DNA of 63,022 nucleotides, the filler included, from Sluysia triapertura (taxonomy: Eukaryota): the NCBI GenBank assembly GCA_046118255.1. It is 5 parts of 5 records of this genome, joined end to end, with 100 filler letters (N's around TTAATTAATTAA, not from the genome) between each part and the next. Parts side by side here need not be neighbours in the genome. Positions count along the whole stretch, not along the records: positions 27,708 to 40,572 come from JBJNIA010076717.1; positions 40,673 to 51,530 come from JBJNIA010192517.1; 3 more parts are not named here. One strand, given 5' to 3'. The notes beneath the pieces are model-generated. The model did not search any database and had not been told where the DNA came from. It worked only from the letters and a program-made list of their open reading frames with translations. The first letter of the stretch is position 1. Each line of letters starts with the position of its first letter. The translations under genes were made by a program, and so were the position numbers. Shown piece after piece: positions 36,001 through 51,000 of the stretch.

Positions 36001-39000
36001 TATAGAAAATAGATTTTGAATTATATACTATTGAATTATAATTTAATAATTTGGAAGAATAAAAGTATTGAAAGACACACAATAGTAAAGAATATATCAA
36101 ATCAATAAATTTATAAAATTTGTTAGTACCTAAAAATATATTGTTAAATAACACACATAGAAATAGTAATGCTAGTACCTAAAAATATATTGTAAATGTT
36201 ATCTATAAATAGAATTTTTATTGATTGTTTAGTACAAACTATGTATAAATCTATATTATTTTATATATATCTTATTTTATTTTATTTTATAAATCTAATA
36301 ATTATCGATTAATTTTTAGAACTAAGAATTAATTTTGATTTAAATTTTTAAAGGAATTATTATTTAATTTTAAAAGTGAGTATAGTATAATCTAATAATT
36401 ATGTAATCTAATTTAATAGAGAAATTCAAAAGATAAAAACCTTTAAAACCCACAACAATTTTTTGATTATAAACTTTTAAACAAAGATTTCACCAAATAA
36501 TTTCATTTAACTGATTATTTCCCTTGGACAATAACTTAATCTCGCAGGAAAATTTTATCTCTTAGAAGACATGAATATTTGATTAAAGATTTAAAAATAT
36601 CTTTATTTATTTCTTGATAAGCTTTTAAGCAGACATTAATTTTGCCAAGTAAATTACACGTAAAATCATATTTAATGCTATCCGATAAAATGATAGTTAA
36701 GTAAAATCCATTTAACATTATATTATTATAGATTTTCATTGATATAAAATCTTATAAATTTTGTAATCATTTTGTATTTATTATTTTATTTTTTATTATT
36801 GATTGTATCGAACTAACATTTACTTAATAAATATTTCATTAAGTTAAAACGGTGTTTTGATTACTCTAAAAAGTTTTAAATTTTTTTAGATTGACACGGT
36901 TCTATTTAAATTCAGAACCTGAGAAAATTATAAATTAAAAAATTAAGAATTTTGGAACCGCAGTAAAATATAGTAATGTATATAAATCTAAAATCTTAAT
37001 CAAGATGATATACTAAGAAAACCTCCAGTAGTTATAAAATATCCTTCTAAGAAATCTAACGGCTAGCCTTAACAGGTAAGACTAAATACGTTGGTGAACT
37101 CACTATAAACATTCTTTTATTCATAAGACTAAGTTAAGAAAAACCTTAGCAAATTTTATATATTTTATTGAAATAGACTTGTGACATACCATTGATATGT
37201 GACGCATTGTATCAGAAGTTATTATTGGAAATAAGTTTTGATTAATTTGATATTTAATTTAAAATGATTTATTATTCCAATAGTACGTATTATGATTATG
37301 TTTAATTTCGATTTTACTCTTATAGTCACAAAATTATCCTAAAATGAGAATTAATAATAACAATATGAAATCAAATTTTAAGAGCATAAAGCTCCATCAG
37401 AATTAATTTAAATTAAGATTGGGTAGGGTAGAAAAAATAATAATCAGTAAAAATTAAATTATATTAATATAGAATTCAGACAAAAATGATAATTATATGA
37501 TTGTTATTATTAGTGCAGAATAATATTATTAAAGAAAATCATTATTTAACCATTTATATTGAATTGTATTATTATTAGTTATTGACAATTTATGTTGAAC
37601 TGGATTATTATTCGCAATTTATATTCAATCATTTATATGCGACAAAATTATAACTACGGCTATAAAAATAAACACTTATCACAAGTAAGAACATTAATAT
37701 TAACATTACACAAAAGAACAAAGGATTTTGATTTTGGAAGATTAACACCTTCAAATTCATCGGAAAATCGTCTACAATAATTCAATTAAATTTAAAATTT
37801 ATTCAACAGGTAATTATAATTGTTATTTTATTTGTTTGAATTCTAAAATTAATTTATTAATAAATTTTTTAAAAATTGTGTTTTACTTTTAATCATTTAG
37901 TTGAAATTAAAGTCTCAAGAATAAAGAATTAAAATTAAGTGTTAAAAAAATTAATTTATTATTGTAAACATATTAATTATATTTGTAAAATTATAATTAA
38001 AGAAATTAATCACTAACTTCTTTGATTTAATAAAATTAACTTAAATATTTTAAATTCCTCTTGAATTTAACAACTGTTATACATTTTTTTAAAATAAAGT
38101 TAATTAAAGGGGTTGATGGTAGAGACATTTTAAACAAGGAAAAACAATTATTAAAGGATTTAATAAAGTTCAGAATTAATTAATATTTAAAGAATTAAAA
38201 AATTTTTCATTAATAACTGATATTTTGAACAACAAGGACGAGTGTATTAATTCATACTTCCAGTTAAGTTTAATATAAAGTGACAATAATAATAGAGAAG
38301 TTCAGAATATTATAAGAATTCATAAAGGTAGTTAAATTAATAGTAAAGAACAAGAGTTTTTCAAGTGCGTACAAAATTTATAAAGTATAAAATAGTATTC
38401 AGACATATTTAAATTTGACGAAAGTTTAATAAAGTAAAACCAAAGAAATAACGCATAAATTTTTAAAGACTTAGTAGAAGCAGAAATTTAAAATTTACGA
38501 TATAATATCCATTAAAACTAATTTACAATAGTATTAAATTATTAAATTAATAGGAAGAATTATATGAATATATTTCGTACATTTTAGTCTTTATAACTTA
38601 AAAATTATAAGCTTACATCTTACGATGCAGTTCGATTTTTTGGGATCAGAACTTGTTTTTCCATAGAGATATCGATCACTTCTTTTCAGGATTGGATGAG
38701 ATTATTCGGTTTCTTTTTTCATCAGATGAATTCAGTATGATTCGTAAACCAGAATACTGATCTAATACCTTGAAAGTCTTTGATAAATACATCGAAAAAT
38801 TCGATTTTCTATTAACTTTAAAATGTCAAAATTATTAATTTTTATTTCAAAATTAAAATTAATAAAACTATTTGAAAAATATTTATTTTTTACAATTAAT
38901 TAGTTTTTAGCATTGCGACCTTTAAATTGCGACTATTTTATTGCAATTGGGTGTTGGCCTTAACTAAGATTCATGCAATCAAAACTATATTGTGCCCCAA

Positions 39001-39829
39001 AAATTCAAAATAATCAGTTCAAAATAATATAATGACTTTAGACGAAAACAATTCTTGGTTCATGATCTCAATAATTTTGTTGTGAAATTAGAAGCGAAAT
39101 GAAGTAGCTTATATAGTAAATTTTTAATCACATTTAACTCTAAAATCAATAATTAACAAATATCACACAATCTACACATAGATAGTTCTTTTGTTGGCAC
39201 GAAACCGACACTCATTAGTCAAACCACTTTGTATTAATTCTGACAAATATTGTCAAGTTCCCATTCTTCTAAAAATATATGATTTAACTAATTAAATTTA
39301 TATCATAAGTTCATTTATATTTTTCAATAAGCACATCTCACTTTAAAATAATATATTTGTAACATATTTCCTCATGTCAAAAATTTATTTAACTTTTGAT
39401 ACGACTTTGTCACGCGTGAAAATAATTTAGATTAAATAAATAAATAGATTTACTCTCTATAGATTTTTAGCTTATTCGATTATATCTACTAATAATATGC
39501 TGTCTTTCATTCAATATATAGATTTTCCAAAAATATCACTATGGTTGCCCAAACCATCGCTGACAACTTCATCCACTGCATAAACACTTAATAAAATACA
39601 TTCATCACATAATAAATATACATTAAACATTCAAAACATCTATTGTAACACAACACCTATATCATATTCCTAATTTTATATTCATCCCAACAATTTTCAC
39701 TATAGTCATAAAATACATTTGATAATGATATAGAATTTTATTATTTGAATATTACAACTCAACTTGTGTTGTCACCGTTATCGTTACTATCATCATTAGT
39801 ACGATTGTTATTAATATCTTTTTATTTTT

Positions 39830-40240
39830 TAAAATACTTTTCCATTCTTTTGGTGAAAATGTACATTTATAAAATTTGCTTATTTTGTAAGATTGTTCAA
39901 AAGGAAATATAAAAGATGCATTATAAAAGTACATTATTGAGAATAATCCAGATTTTTTGAAAAATATCTAAAATTATGGATGGTGAATATAAGTATCGAC
40001 TAATGCTACCGTAGGAGCATCGTATTTGGAGCAGAGAGATCTTGCAAAGTGGTTGATATATAATAATGCTGATGTCAATTCAACTTCTGATAAAGTTAAA
40101 ACATGAATTAAAAGAAAAATTGGTTAAACTTAGAAAATTTCAAAAATTAAAATTACTCATATAATAATTTCATAATGGTTATTAAATATATTAAATTAAT
40201 ATTAACTACAATCTTTGTAAAAATTAATCAATATTTATTA
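39830..40240 (+). pseudogene. Decayed ankyrin-repeat plus coiled-coil accessory gene following an A/C-rich LTR-like stretch (39540-39720)
   Basis: CSKGNIKDAL*KYIIENNPD and GASYLEQRDLAKWLIYNNADVNS are ankyrin-like; then KHELKEKL..FQKLK shared with 6670-6815. Confidence 0.55.
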
Positions 40241-40979
40241 TGTAAGGTTGTCAATTTAAATTTTTGTATAAAATTTATATTTTATATTTTGTGCATTTAT
40301 TAAAAATTATAAATATTATAAATATTAAAATTATTAATAATATTAAAAAAATTATAGATATTATTAAAAATTATAAAAATTATTATTAATTAAATAAAAA
40401 TTAAAATTATATCAACAATTATAAATAAAATTTAATTAATTTAAATTATAAAGAAAAAAGAAAACAGACAATTTTGTTTTAAATAACTAAATTTTTAATA
40501 TGGTTTCTTTATAGTATATAAGAAAAAATAATAATAATCACAAGTAACAGACAAGTAACAACACAAGAAGAANNNNNNNNNNNNNNNNNNNNNNNNNNNN
40601 NNNNNNNNNNNNNNNNTTAATTAATTAANNNNNNNNNNNNNNNNNNNNNNNNNNNNNNNNNNNNNNNNNNNNAGAAAATTTGTGGTAAATAGTATTTGTT
40701 AATTAAATTTCGAAGGATTTTAATGTAAGTTAGAATTTTCATTTATTCTGTAAATATATTGAAATTTAGAGGATTTAAATACTCAAGAAAATTTACATTA
40801 TAAAATTTGTTTCAAACAATTGTTTATCTGTTTAGGATCCACTACTTTAAATTGAGTTACCAAATATTATATGATGTTATGCTTGTAATTGGGTAACTTT
40901 TTTAAAAATTTGTTTTTATTTGTAATTCGTATACTAAAATTGATCAAATCGGTATTACTAATAATAAAACACGATTTAA

Positions 40980-41135
40980 CCTTCTGTCTACCATGTGGAG
41001 CCATAAAATAACAAAGTTTAAACCAACTATATAAATAAACTCATTGGTCTGTTATATAAAAAGCCAGAAGTCAAAAAAATTTTCATGTAACATATTACTA
41101 GAAAATAACTAGTAACCTGACTGGTAGGTGGACGG
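40980..41135. mobile_element. piggyBac-like MITE
   Basis: TTAA on both sides; imperfect TIRs CCTTCTGTCTACCA / TGGTAGGTGGACGG. Confidence 0.45.
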
Positions 41136-41338
41136 TTAAACATTAAATTATTTCATATTCATTTTCACTTGTACCTTTAATATGAATGAAGTTGTATTTG
41201 GACACTTTTCGATTTTATCCTTATCTCATGTCATTTATATATGTTTTATATATGTTTTGTAATGTTTATCATTCAGTGTAACTATGTCAATAAAAAAATA
41301 CAATTATGCTATACTTGATTTGTACAATTATAATTCAG

Positions 41339-44300
41339 AAATCAATGGGTCCTATGGTTGCAATCGGTGCTGCTTTTACTGCTACTCTTTATCCTATTAG
41401 ATATGTAACGAACGAGATTGGTGCCAAGGCTATGTTACTGATTTGGTTATCAGTAATGATGTTAACAGTCTGTGGTACTTTTTCTCTGTTACCATCAGCA
41501 GCAAGTCGAGTATTTGGAACTAAGAATATTGCCACTATTTATGGAATTATGTTCATGTTCAATGTTGGTTCAATTTCGATAATTATGTTTATATAACATA
41601 ACGTATTTAATCAATTAAATGCAGTCTATTTTGGAAGATTATTCCAATGTAACATGCAAAAAATAATAAATAAAACTTTTTTAATTAGAAAATTATTTGT
41701 TTCCAAATTGGTACATTGTTACTGAATGGATTAAATATTGAATTGTGTTCAGTAATAATCTCAAAACAGTGTTTATTTAGTTGAGATTTTAATATTTATT
41801 ATTCTTTTATTTTAGTAGTTAAAATATTGTTTAAGTCTAAATTGTCATGCATATTGTTCTACTTTTGTTTTTCAAGCTTTTCTGTTGATTGGAATATCTG
41901 ACCCAGAAAGAGCTACGTGTTATCTTTTTAATATTAATTAAACATTAATATTAATTCGACAGAAAAAACATTTCTAGTCAAAACATGTGTACTCCTTGTA
42001 TAAATATTTCCTGAAAAAGCATCTTTGTAGAAGTATAAAACTTAAAACAAAATCGGTGACCATTTTCTTGTAAGTGTGTTCCAGTTGTGCATATTTTTGT
42101 AGAATCACACTGAAACATTTTTTCTGCATATTAGCATTTGTTTTTTTGTAATAGTGTTAATTGTTTTTAATTACTTTATCATAGAGGGGATGTTTTGAAA
42201 TATATATTATTTTAATTTGCTAGAGACTGCATAAATTTTATTTATTTTCAGTTATTAAAATTACAAACTTTACTAAGGTTGTGATATTTTATCGTTATAC
42301 TATAATTGATTGAATTGGAAGTATTACACAAACGCTTAACTTTAGAATACTATGGGTAATTTTCTGTCAGTAGACTGCGCTTATAATTAGTGCAAATTAT
42401 ATCAATTTAAATAAATTAGTCTTAACTTTCTATGTTCCGAAATAAATCAACGCTTACTACACTACTAAAGAATATTCGGTAACAATAAAATTGTTGCTAT
42501 ACGTTAACGTAATTGTAATTGAAATTATGGCGTGTAGTTACCGCGATAATTATTGATTTTAATTAAATTTACGTACAATACTTACTGAAAAATAGTCTAA
42601 ATTCAAAATGTCAAACAATAAAATATCTACTTATGATTAAAATATTACTTTTATTTTATGAGTAATATATTCTACTGTTATAAATTACGAATAATAGCCA
42701 TAACGTACAAATTACTGACCAATAAATATCTCGATTATATTCCATAATAACTATTTTAGAATTAATGTTATGTAAATTATTCTAATAAATGGCTCATTTT
42801 ATCTATATATTAGTTAATTTCCTTCTATTGGTTTGGGTGTTGTGATTCATTTACACACACACACATGTACTCGCTAGTCGTTTTTTTTTTATTTTTGTTC
42901 TTCCATAACGCTATCAATTTGTTAATTAAGTACGGTAATTTACATCTATGTTTAATGCATTTTATTTCGTTTTCTTTGATTTCGATATATTCGATGATTT
43001 TTTTCTGAGATATCAGATTAAATTTTATATGAAATTATATATTTTATTGTAATTCATTACTTTATAATTATTAATTCAATTTTACAGTATTAATTACTCT
43101 CTAGTATAATCTATAAACAAGAATTATAAACATGGCTTTCAGTATTTCTCTTAGAACCAGATCATAATAAATATAATAAGGATTTATAAGTTGCTTTTTA
43201 ACTAATAGTTATTCAAAAAATTAATATTATTATTATAAATTGTATTGTTATTCAAGGCCTTTGCTGGAGTACTAAGTTCCTTGATATCCTCAATTGCAAT
43301 ACTTAGAATTGGTTATTTGGGAATATATGAAATCGGTGCTGGATTTCTTGTATCAAGTAAGTGAAGTAATTTCAAATATGCCTATTCTTCGTTTTACATG
43401 GTACTTTTTTACACGTTTTCGCTTTTAAATGGTTCAAAAAATATTTAAAATGAAATAATTTGCAATGGTGCTTAAGGCACTTTTAAAATTATCTTTTTAA
43501 CTTTATTATATTCGAAGAATCTAAAACAATGCTTAAGGTACTTTAAATTGTATTTAAAATTTTGTCGTACGTTATTATTATTACCAAAAAGAAATAACAA
43601 GATACTTTAATTTATTCGCAAAGATAATAGGGTCATTACTCGTATGTATATTCTTTTCAATAAAAGAACATAAACAAAAGGTTCTAAATATTTATATATG
43701 ACATTGTGGAAAACAATTTTAAAACCTTTTAACATCTGTTTGTTATTGTCTTTTTCATCAGTCAATCCTTTTGTAGAGTTCATTATATTCATTGGCATAC
43801 TCGTTTAATAGTATTATTCGAATATAATTGAGAATTTTGAATTTTTAAAATTAATTCAAAGTTAAATTAAGTTAAATTTTCTAAAAGACAAAACTATAAA
43901 CAATATAAATTTTATTGCTTAACAAATATAAATACAGATTATATTTATTTATATTTAAAAAATTTACTTAGACAGATACGACTAAACTAATTGTTCGTTC
44001 ATTGATAACCAATAATGTGAATTTTAATACTGATATTTTGAATAATTTTTCCAATAATAAAAATAGCTTAAATTATTTTAACTCGTACTATTTTAACTTC
44101 GTAATATTAATATTGTTTTTTTTAAGTGCGACGTTATTTTAATTATTATATTCTGCGTAAAGAATTTTTTATTTAATTTCAGAATAGCATAACTAAATTT
44201 ACAGTTTGTTTGTTCTTTTATTTGTAAAATGTTATCAAAAGCTTGAACTAGTCTTAACCTTAACATTTAACCATTTCATAATATTGTATTGAATATAAAG

Positions 44301-45230
44301 TTGAGAATATTAAGGTGGAATCGGTTTTGTAAATTGTAGTAATGTGAGCAAACGATATTCAAACATCAAAATTTTTAAATATAAAGGTATTTTTTTATAT
44401 TACACAATAATTGATGGCTATAATGTGTGAATCCTTTTGAACTTTATAGATGGAAGATCGTAAAACTATTTATTCAGTTTTAATTCACCATCCTCAGCCT
44501 AAAATCAAAGTAAGAAAATTTATAAACAAATGTGTTTATATCAAAATAATAATTTAATAATATTATTTAATTCATGTTTTACTTAATTAAAAATAATCTT
44601 AATTTGACAATTGCGCTTTTTACAAATTTATAAATAATAGTCGAGAATCCAAGTCGGATACAAATTTTTACTGGCCGAAGATTGTAATTGATTATTGTAC
44701 TCTGAAATGTGCATACACTAATCGTTGTGCGTCTCTGTAATGTTGTAATATTATTTATATAGTGTTTTATTTATACTACGATATGACCAACCAATGAGTG
44801 ATTTTCTTTACATTAGCTAATTTTTCTTTATAGTTAATTTCATTACATGGTCAATTTCGTTCTGTAGTAATTCATGTGTATTTGGTTTGCGTACTTCTGT
44901 GATTTTATGACCAATTTCTTCTATTATAATCACGTGCTTTAATGTAGTTTCAAGCATAAACTTTTATTCACTTATATCGACTTATATTCACTTATTGGCG
45001 TTTACATTTAATTTTCAGTTTTTATATTGTTTAAGAAATGTTCTAAAAGAATTTTTATGTTCATAAAAGGATTTATTGAAGCTTTTAACATTTTTTGAAG
45101 ATGTTTTAATTTTCTCTGATTTTCTGATATGTAAATTAGTTTGATATAGTTCTTTTATTTTATAGTTTATGGATTTTTAGCATTTATTTTTGAATTTTTA
45201 ATTTATTTATATAATTTTGTGGGTCTTAAT

Positions 45231-45264
<34 letters not shown>

Positions 45265-45411
45265 CAATTATTATTATTGTTACTACGGATAAAATACATT
45301 AACTTCATTACCTTTTCAATATAATAACGGTTAAAAATTACAAATGCTTATAATATAATTTTTCATTTAGGTTTCATTCTTACACTATTTATCAGAAGTC
45401 CAAATTTGTAA
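41339..45411 (+). CDS. MFS transporter (OxlT/MCT-like), last three exons: 41339-41563, 43257-43356, 45371-45411
   Basis: GTFSLLPSAASRVFGTKNIATIYGIMF is a typical MFS C-terminal-half motif; AG/GT sites give phase-consistent splicing (0,0,1) to AFAGVLSSLIS..GYLGIYEIGAGFLVS and SFILTLFIRSPNL*. Upstream exons not identified (gap at 40573). Confidence 0.8.
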
Positions 45412-46863
45412 AAACAATTAATACATAGATTTTAGACGATTTAAATATATTCTTTATTGTTTTACAATCAAAAGTATGATTCATATTAATATAGTATTAT
45501 TTAATGCCAATTGCGAGAGTTTTAGGTCAAATTTTAAAATATCTATTCAATATTTATACTTAAACAAGTAAAAATAAACAATATTTGTTTTAACATCTGA
45601 CATTTGAATTAACCAGTTAATTGTACATTCCATAACTAAAATATGTATTAAAATATGAATATGCTAAGTTTAAATATTTTATTTATTTTTTATAATTAAA
45701 ATTACTATGTTTTTTTACTTTTTTTGTACTCTATAAATTAAGCTACAGAAATAAACTAAATTATTATAAATTTTCTTTATATTAATAATATATTGTTATT
45801 GCTATTGACAAACAAACCATAATTCAAATTTATATAAAATAAAATTTTATTTTTGTTTTAATAATTTTACGGTTTTGATTTTAAAAAAGTAGATAAACTA
45901 ATTTAATATTATACTTGCGTTATAAATAAAAATAAAATCATAAAACAATTAAATGTTAATAAAATGATTAAATGTTATATATTACTTATAAGTGTTAATA
46001 ATTAAAATAAAACAATCAAACGTTTAAATGTTATGTTATATTACTTATGAAATAATTAAATATTAATCTCGTGAAAATTTTAGTTAGAAAATTATATATT
46101 GAATTAATAATTTAAATTACTAAATAGACTAAATATTACACAAATTAAAATTATATGTATTGAAAAATTGAATAGATTATAAATTACAGAATAATTATGG
46201 AATTGAATTTAAAGTTTAATAAATTAATATTGGAATTATTGAAGTGAATTTAGTAAACAACCACTATAAAAAGAGAGATGTTTCAAGAATTTATTCATAA
46301 TTGAATTACAACTTTTGATAATTAAGTTATGTTGAAGGTAAACGTGTAAAGTAATGTAATATTTAATATTCAATTTATTGAGTAAATAAAATAGATTTTA
46401 AGAATATTAGCGAAAATTGCATGTGACATTTATGCTTACATATATCGTGTTTTAGTTATTTTCACTTAATCAAAAGTGTATAAAATTTGCAATTTTAAAT
46501 TTGAAAATTTACAGCACTTCCGTCTCTTACATCAGAGACAAGTAAAGATTCTAACCTTTAGAACAAACCGAAATATTTAGTTAAGACTTAATATAAAATT
46601 AATTATGTAAATTTACTTAATAAGACTGGTATTAATAAGAGTTAAATTTTAATAACAGTTGTTATAAAAAATAGTTAATAATTTTACTAAAAAGTATTAT
46701 ATTTATTGATAAAAAAATCTTTAGCCGTGAAACAAGTTGTGTTAATATGGATAAACCTCAGGTTATAAAGAGCGCAATATCTGGGGGATTAGTTTCAAAT
46801 GCATTGATTGTTGAACCTATGCTAAAATAATACTAACAAAGTAGATATGCAAATATTGTGTCA

Positions 46864-46995
46864 TGTTTAGGATATAGGCCCAAGCTGCTATTTGGTGTAA
46901 TTGAATAAAGTAATATAAAAATTGTTAGCTCAGTGGGTACAGCATCGAGAGGTCCCGGGTTGATTCTCGGTCAGTCCATTTTATGAAGTCTAACA
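46864..46995 (+). mobile_element. tRNA-containing short LTR-like unit (copy A)
   Basis: TGTT...TAGCTCAGTGG (A box)...GAGGTCCCGGGTTGATTCTCGG (B box)...CCATTTTATGAAGTCTAACA. Confidence 0.7.
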
Positions 46996-47644
46996 ATATA
47001 ACTGAAATTTTATTAAAAGCTTAAATTTGCTGATTTTTTGAGCTTACGAAATGGGTTCACGTTAGTCCATAACTTATCACGTCTAAAATCTAGATTTGCA
47101 AAGTAAACTAAATGTTTTACCTTTAAAATCTTATTAAGTAAGTATATTTTGAAAGAGAAATAACTACCACCTTAAATTATAAAGAAAAATATTAAATATA
47201 AAACAATAGATAATATCTTCAACAAATTTGTTGATTTTACTTGAAGAATCTCAATTATTTAAGTATTCGCTAGATCAAATATAAATTTTCAATAATTCTC
47301 TTATTAAATATCAATAATTATTCACCCCAAAATTAAGCTCTTGGAAATCAAATCAATATCAACAACACAACAATTTACTGGCTAAATAAAAATTAACTAC
47401 AAATTAGTATTATTATAAATCTCTATTAAGCAGTACTAAAAATGATTAAAATGAAGAGATTAGCAATAACGTTTATAATAATCTCAAGGATATAACAATC
47501 TATCAAAAGAAACCAGAGGTGACGCAACACTAAGAAAAATATTAACTATTACTAAATATAAATTTTTCAACATAATCGGACAATAATAACTTTGACAGTT
47601 ACATGGTATAGACTGTCAAACTTTATTAGATACAAAATACAAAA

Positions 47645-48060
47645 ATTGATTATCTATTATTTTCTTTTGTTCTACTCAATCTACTTTTACTTACATTAAT
47701 TCTCACATTAAAATAACACTTATTATTATTGTTAACATACATTAAAAATGAGTAATTTAATTTTAGTTTTCACAATTTAATTGATTTCTGGTTTTAAGCT
47801 TCTTATTCTCAAACAAGCCACTCTACACACATTTCAAACTCACTTCTTGGTCCTCCTCTTCCATAGCAATCATCTTACATTCATTTCATTACATTTGCAT
47901 CACTCTAAGTATAAAAAATTAAACATTCCATAATTAAAAATTAATTAAAATTTGACTTTGCTCAATAATAAGGCTTTCCCTGCATGAACTCGGTCAAACC
48001 ATACCTTCATCGAAAGGTCTTTTTAAAGCAAATGCATACACAGTTTCAAATTTAACATAG
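47645..48060 (-). mobile_element. Repeat with gag-like remnant; second copy at 51288-51530 (+)
   Basis: The reverse complement of 47645-47870 aligns with 51288-51530 (gaagtgagttt...gtaaaagtagattgagtag..aaaagaaaat); LKDLSMKVWFDRV is gag-like. Confidence 0.6.
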
Positions 48061-51000
48061 CATTCCGCATTCAAAAGTTATTTACAAAAACGCAATTTTT
48101 GTAAAGATTTTAAATATTTTATTAAAATTTTAAAGATTTTAATTAATTAATCTATTTTTAGACTTAATTTTATTTTAAATTTAAAGGTTTTATTAAAGTT
48201 CTAAAGTTATTTAGTAATTTATAAGGCATTTTATGTTTTCACCTTCACCTCTCTGATTCCTTTTTCTACTTCACGTTAATTATTACTATATTAGATTTAT
48301 TCTTAGTACCAGTAACAATGATTTTATTTCTCAAATATTTCAAAGATTTTAAATACTTTATAAGATTACTAAAGGATCTCAAATGCTTATAGATGCTTCA
48401 AGAATATTTAAAAGTTAATAAGATCTTAAATGATCTAACGTTTTACAAGTTCAAAGGTATCTTAATGCTTCTAAAGTTTTTTCAAGTCCATCTCAAGCTT
48501 CCACAAGATCTCAAACCCTTATATAGGTCTTTGGAAATCCAAGGTATTCTTTAACTGTTAAAATTATTATAGATGTTTTCTTTATCATGATTCTAATTTC
48601 AACAATGTTTATAATCTTCAATCCATCACTTGTATCAGTTTTTCCTCATTTTATGATTTTATATATCTTCATTCATTTCCAGGTCCATAGTTGGACAATC
48701 CCAACAATACGATTGTAACAATAGAAATAAAAATAGTTTTTGTAAGTTTAATATACCCAGAATTTACATAATCAATATATAAAATCGATCTTTATATTTT
48801 TTAAACCGATTCTACGAATCGGTAGATCCTGATTAATGAGGATTGAATGTGCAAGACTAGGATTGTAGGCGAACAAATAAAATTATTAATTATTTATTGG
48901 TAGGTTAAGTAAGTAATTTTCAAAACATCACCATATATGTAAATACACACAAATTATTCAATTGATTTTAATTGTAAATACACAAAAAATAAAAATTATC
49001 GATTTTTATGCACAAATTATTGATTAATGTTTAAGAATTTTTAATACAAATTATGAATTAATGAAAATTATTTTGATTAATTAAGTAATAGATTATATTA
49101 TCTTAAATTTTAATAAATTATATTTGAATAACGTAAAGAATAATAAATTATTTAAATTGTAATAATAAATTATATTTTAGAAATGCAATGAAAAGTATAT
49201 AAATATTTATTTATATTTATCTTTTGTTTAAATTTCGGCCTTCAAGGTCATGTTTGTAATATAATAGACTTTTCACACAAAAACATTTATGATAACATTT
49301 CTAAATCTTTAATACGTCTTGACAAAAACTTTGAGTGCAACATAATCAATTCTTCGACGAAAATATTCAATTGAAATTACTTCACTTTATATATTGCATC
49401 GTTAGTTTAATTTACATAAGTTTTCGCAATACTTAAGATTGTATCTATAAAATATATGACAAATCAATATCTTATATTTTTTCAGCTACTATTTAAGTAA
49501 AGTAGTTAAGTAAACTATTATTAAAATAATCCACTTAAATTGTTCATCCATGATTTATATTTATTATTTTGGTATAAATTTTTTATTGAATTGTTTTTTT
49601 TTGTATAATAAAACTTCATGACTTAAAGTCGTTCTTAATCAAGACAAGGAGAAAAGACAAAATATAATTAAAAACTAACCCTCATAATTAACTTAAGATC
49701 CGATATTTTTCGGTTTCTTATAAAACGAAACCTAAGTAAAATCTTCACTAAAATCTTTTTTAATTAATTTCTAGTTAAAACTACCTTTTTAACGGTTTCA
49801 TTTAAACTCGAAACCGAAGTAAAATCCAATTATATTAAAATCTCCTTTAGGATCACTATACCAAAGATCCATAGTAAAATATTAACATCAATAATAAGAG
49901 CACATAGTTTCATGGAACATAAACATTAAACTTGCTTTTATCTTGCTTTTAAATCCAACCGCTAGCCCTAACTGGTAAGACTAGATATGTTGGTGAACTC
50001 ACGTTTACTTTTATTCTCGTCTAGCAAAGCGAAACAATTATATATATGTATCATACCTGTAAGGTTGTAAAGTAACATTTTATTTAAGATTGTTGTTTGT
50101 ATTTATTTATATGTTATTATAATTTATTATTTATTTTATATATATTTATTAAAAAATTTTAAAATTGTAAATATTATTAAAATTGCTAAAAATTATTATT
50201 CTTCTTTAAAAAATTGTAATTACAATAAAAATTATAAATAAAGTTTAATTATTAAAATTTAAAAGAATCTTCTAGATTAAATTGTTTTAATAAATTAAAT
50301 TTATAAATGTGACTCTATAGTCATAAGACGAATCGCCATTACGATTAATTGATTAAATGATTAATTTTTAATTTTATCAAACAATGTAATCACAAATATG
50401 TGATATAAAAGGATAGCCAATTTAATTGCACAAATAAAAGTATTAGTTTCATCAATCCAAGTATCCACAACAACATTTCGATTCAAGATATTCGATTTAA
50501 ATCATAGAGACAGCATTTTTACCAAATTTTAGATTAAGTAGTAAGTTTATTTTAAATAATTTGTAGACTGGTAAGAGTTCAAATATCTACTTAAAATACT
50601 TGATTTTCCGTTGGTAATTCAGGCCAAATATAAAATATTACTAAAATCTAAAATCATTATCCTTTCGTTGGTTCGTAAGGCCAATTACAAAATAAGACAA
50701 GGTAGAGCGAGTCTTCCTGTTAGGTCATTTGATTGAGGAATAAATATTATTATTATCATTATTTATTAAATTGAGTCATAATTTGTAAAGTTTTAATATA
50801 TTTAGTCTTATATTTTAGCTTTTAGTTAATACATTTTCAATAACGATTGTTAATTTTGATTTGTATTAATATTTAACGATTTTTTAAGATAAGTTAATTG
50901 TAACAATATTCTATTAAAATATATTGGTACTCTTTAGGATAATTAATTACTTTCCTTGATAAAGTATTCACATAAAGTTCTACTTAAACTTAGATACAAA

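Noticed and set aside
36970-37060. Spliced-leader RNA gene
   Set aside because: A GGTAAG donor in a hairpin is present, but it is not preceded by the terminal ATG typical of flatworm SLs and no clear Sm site is seen.
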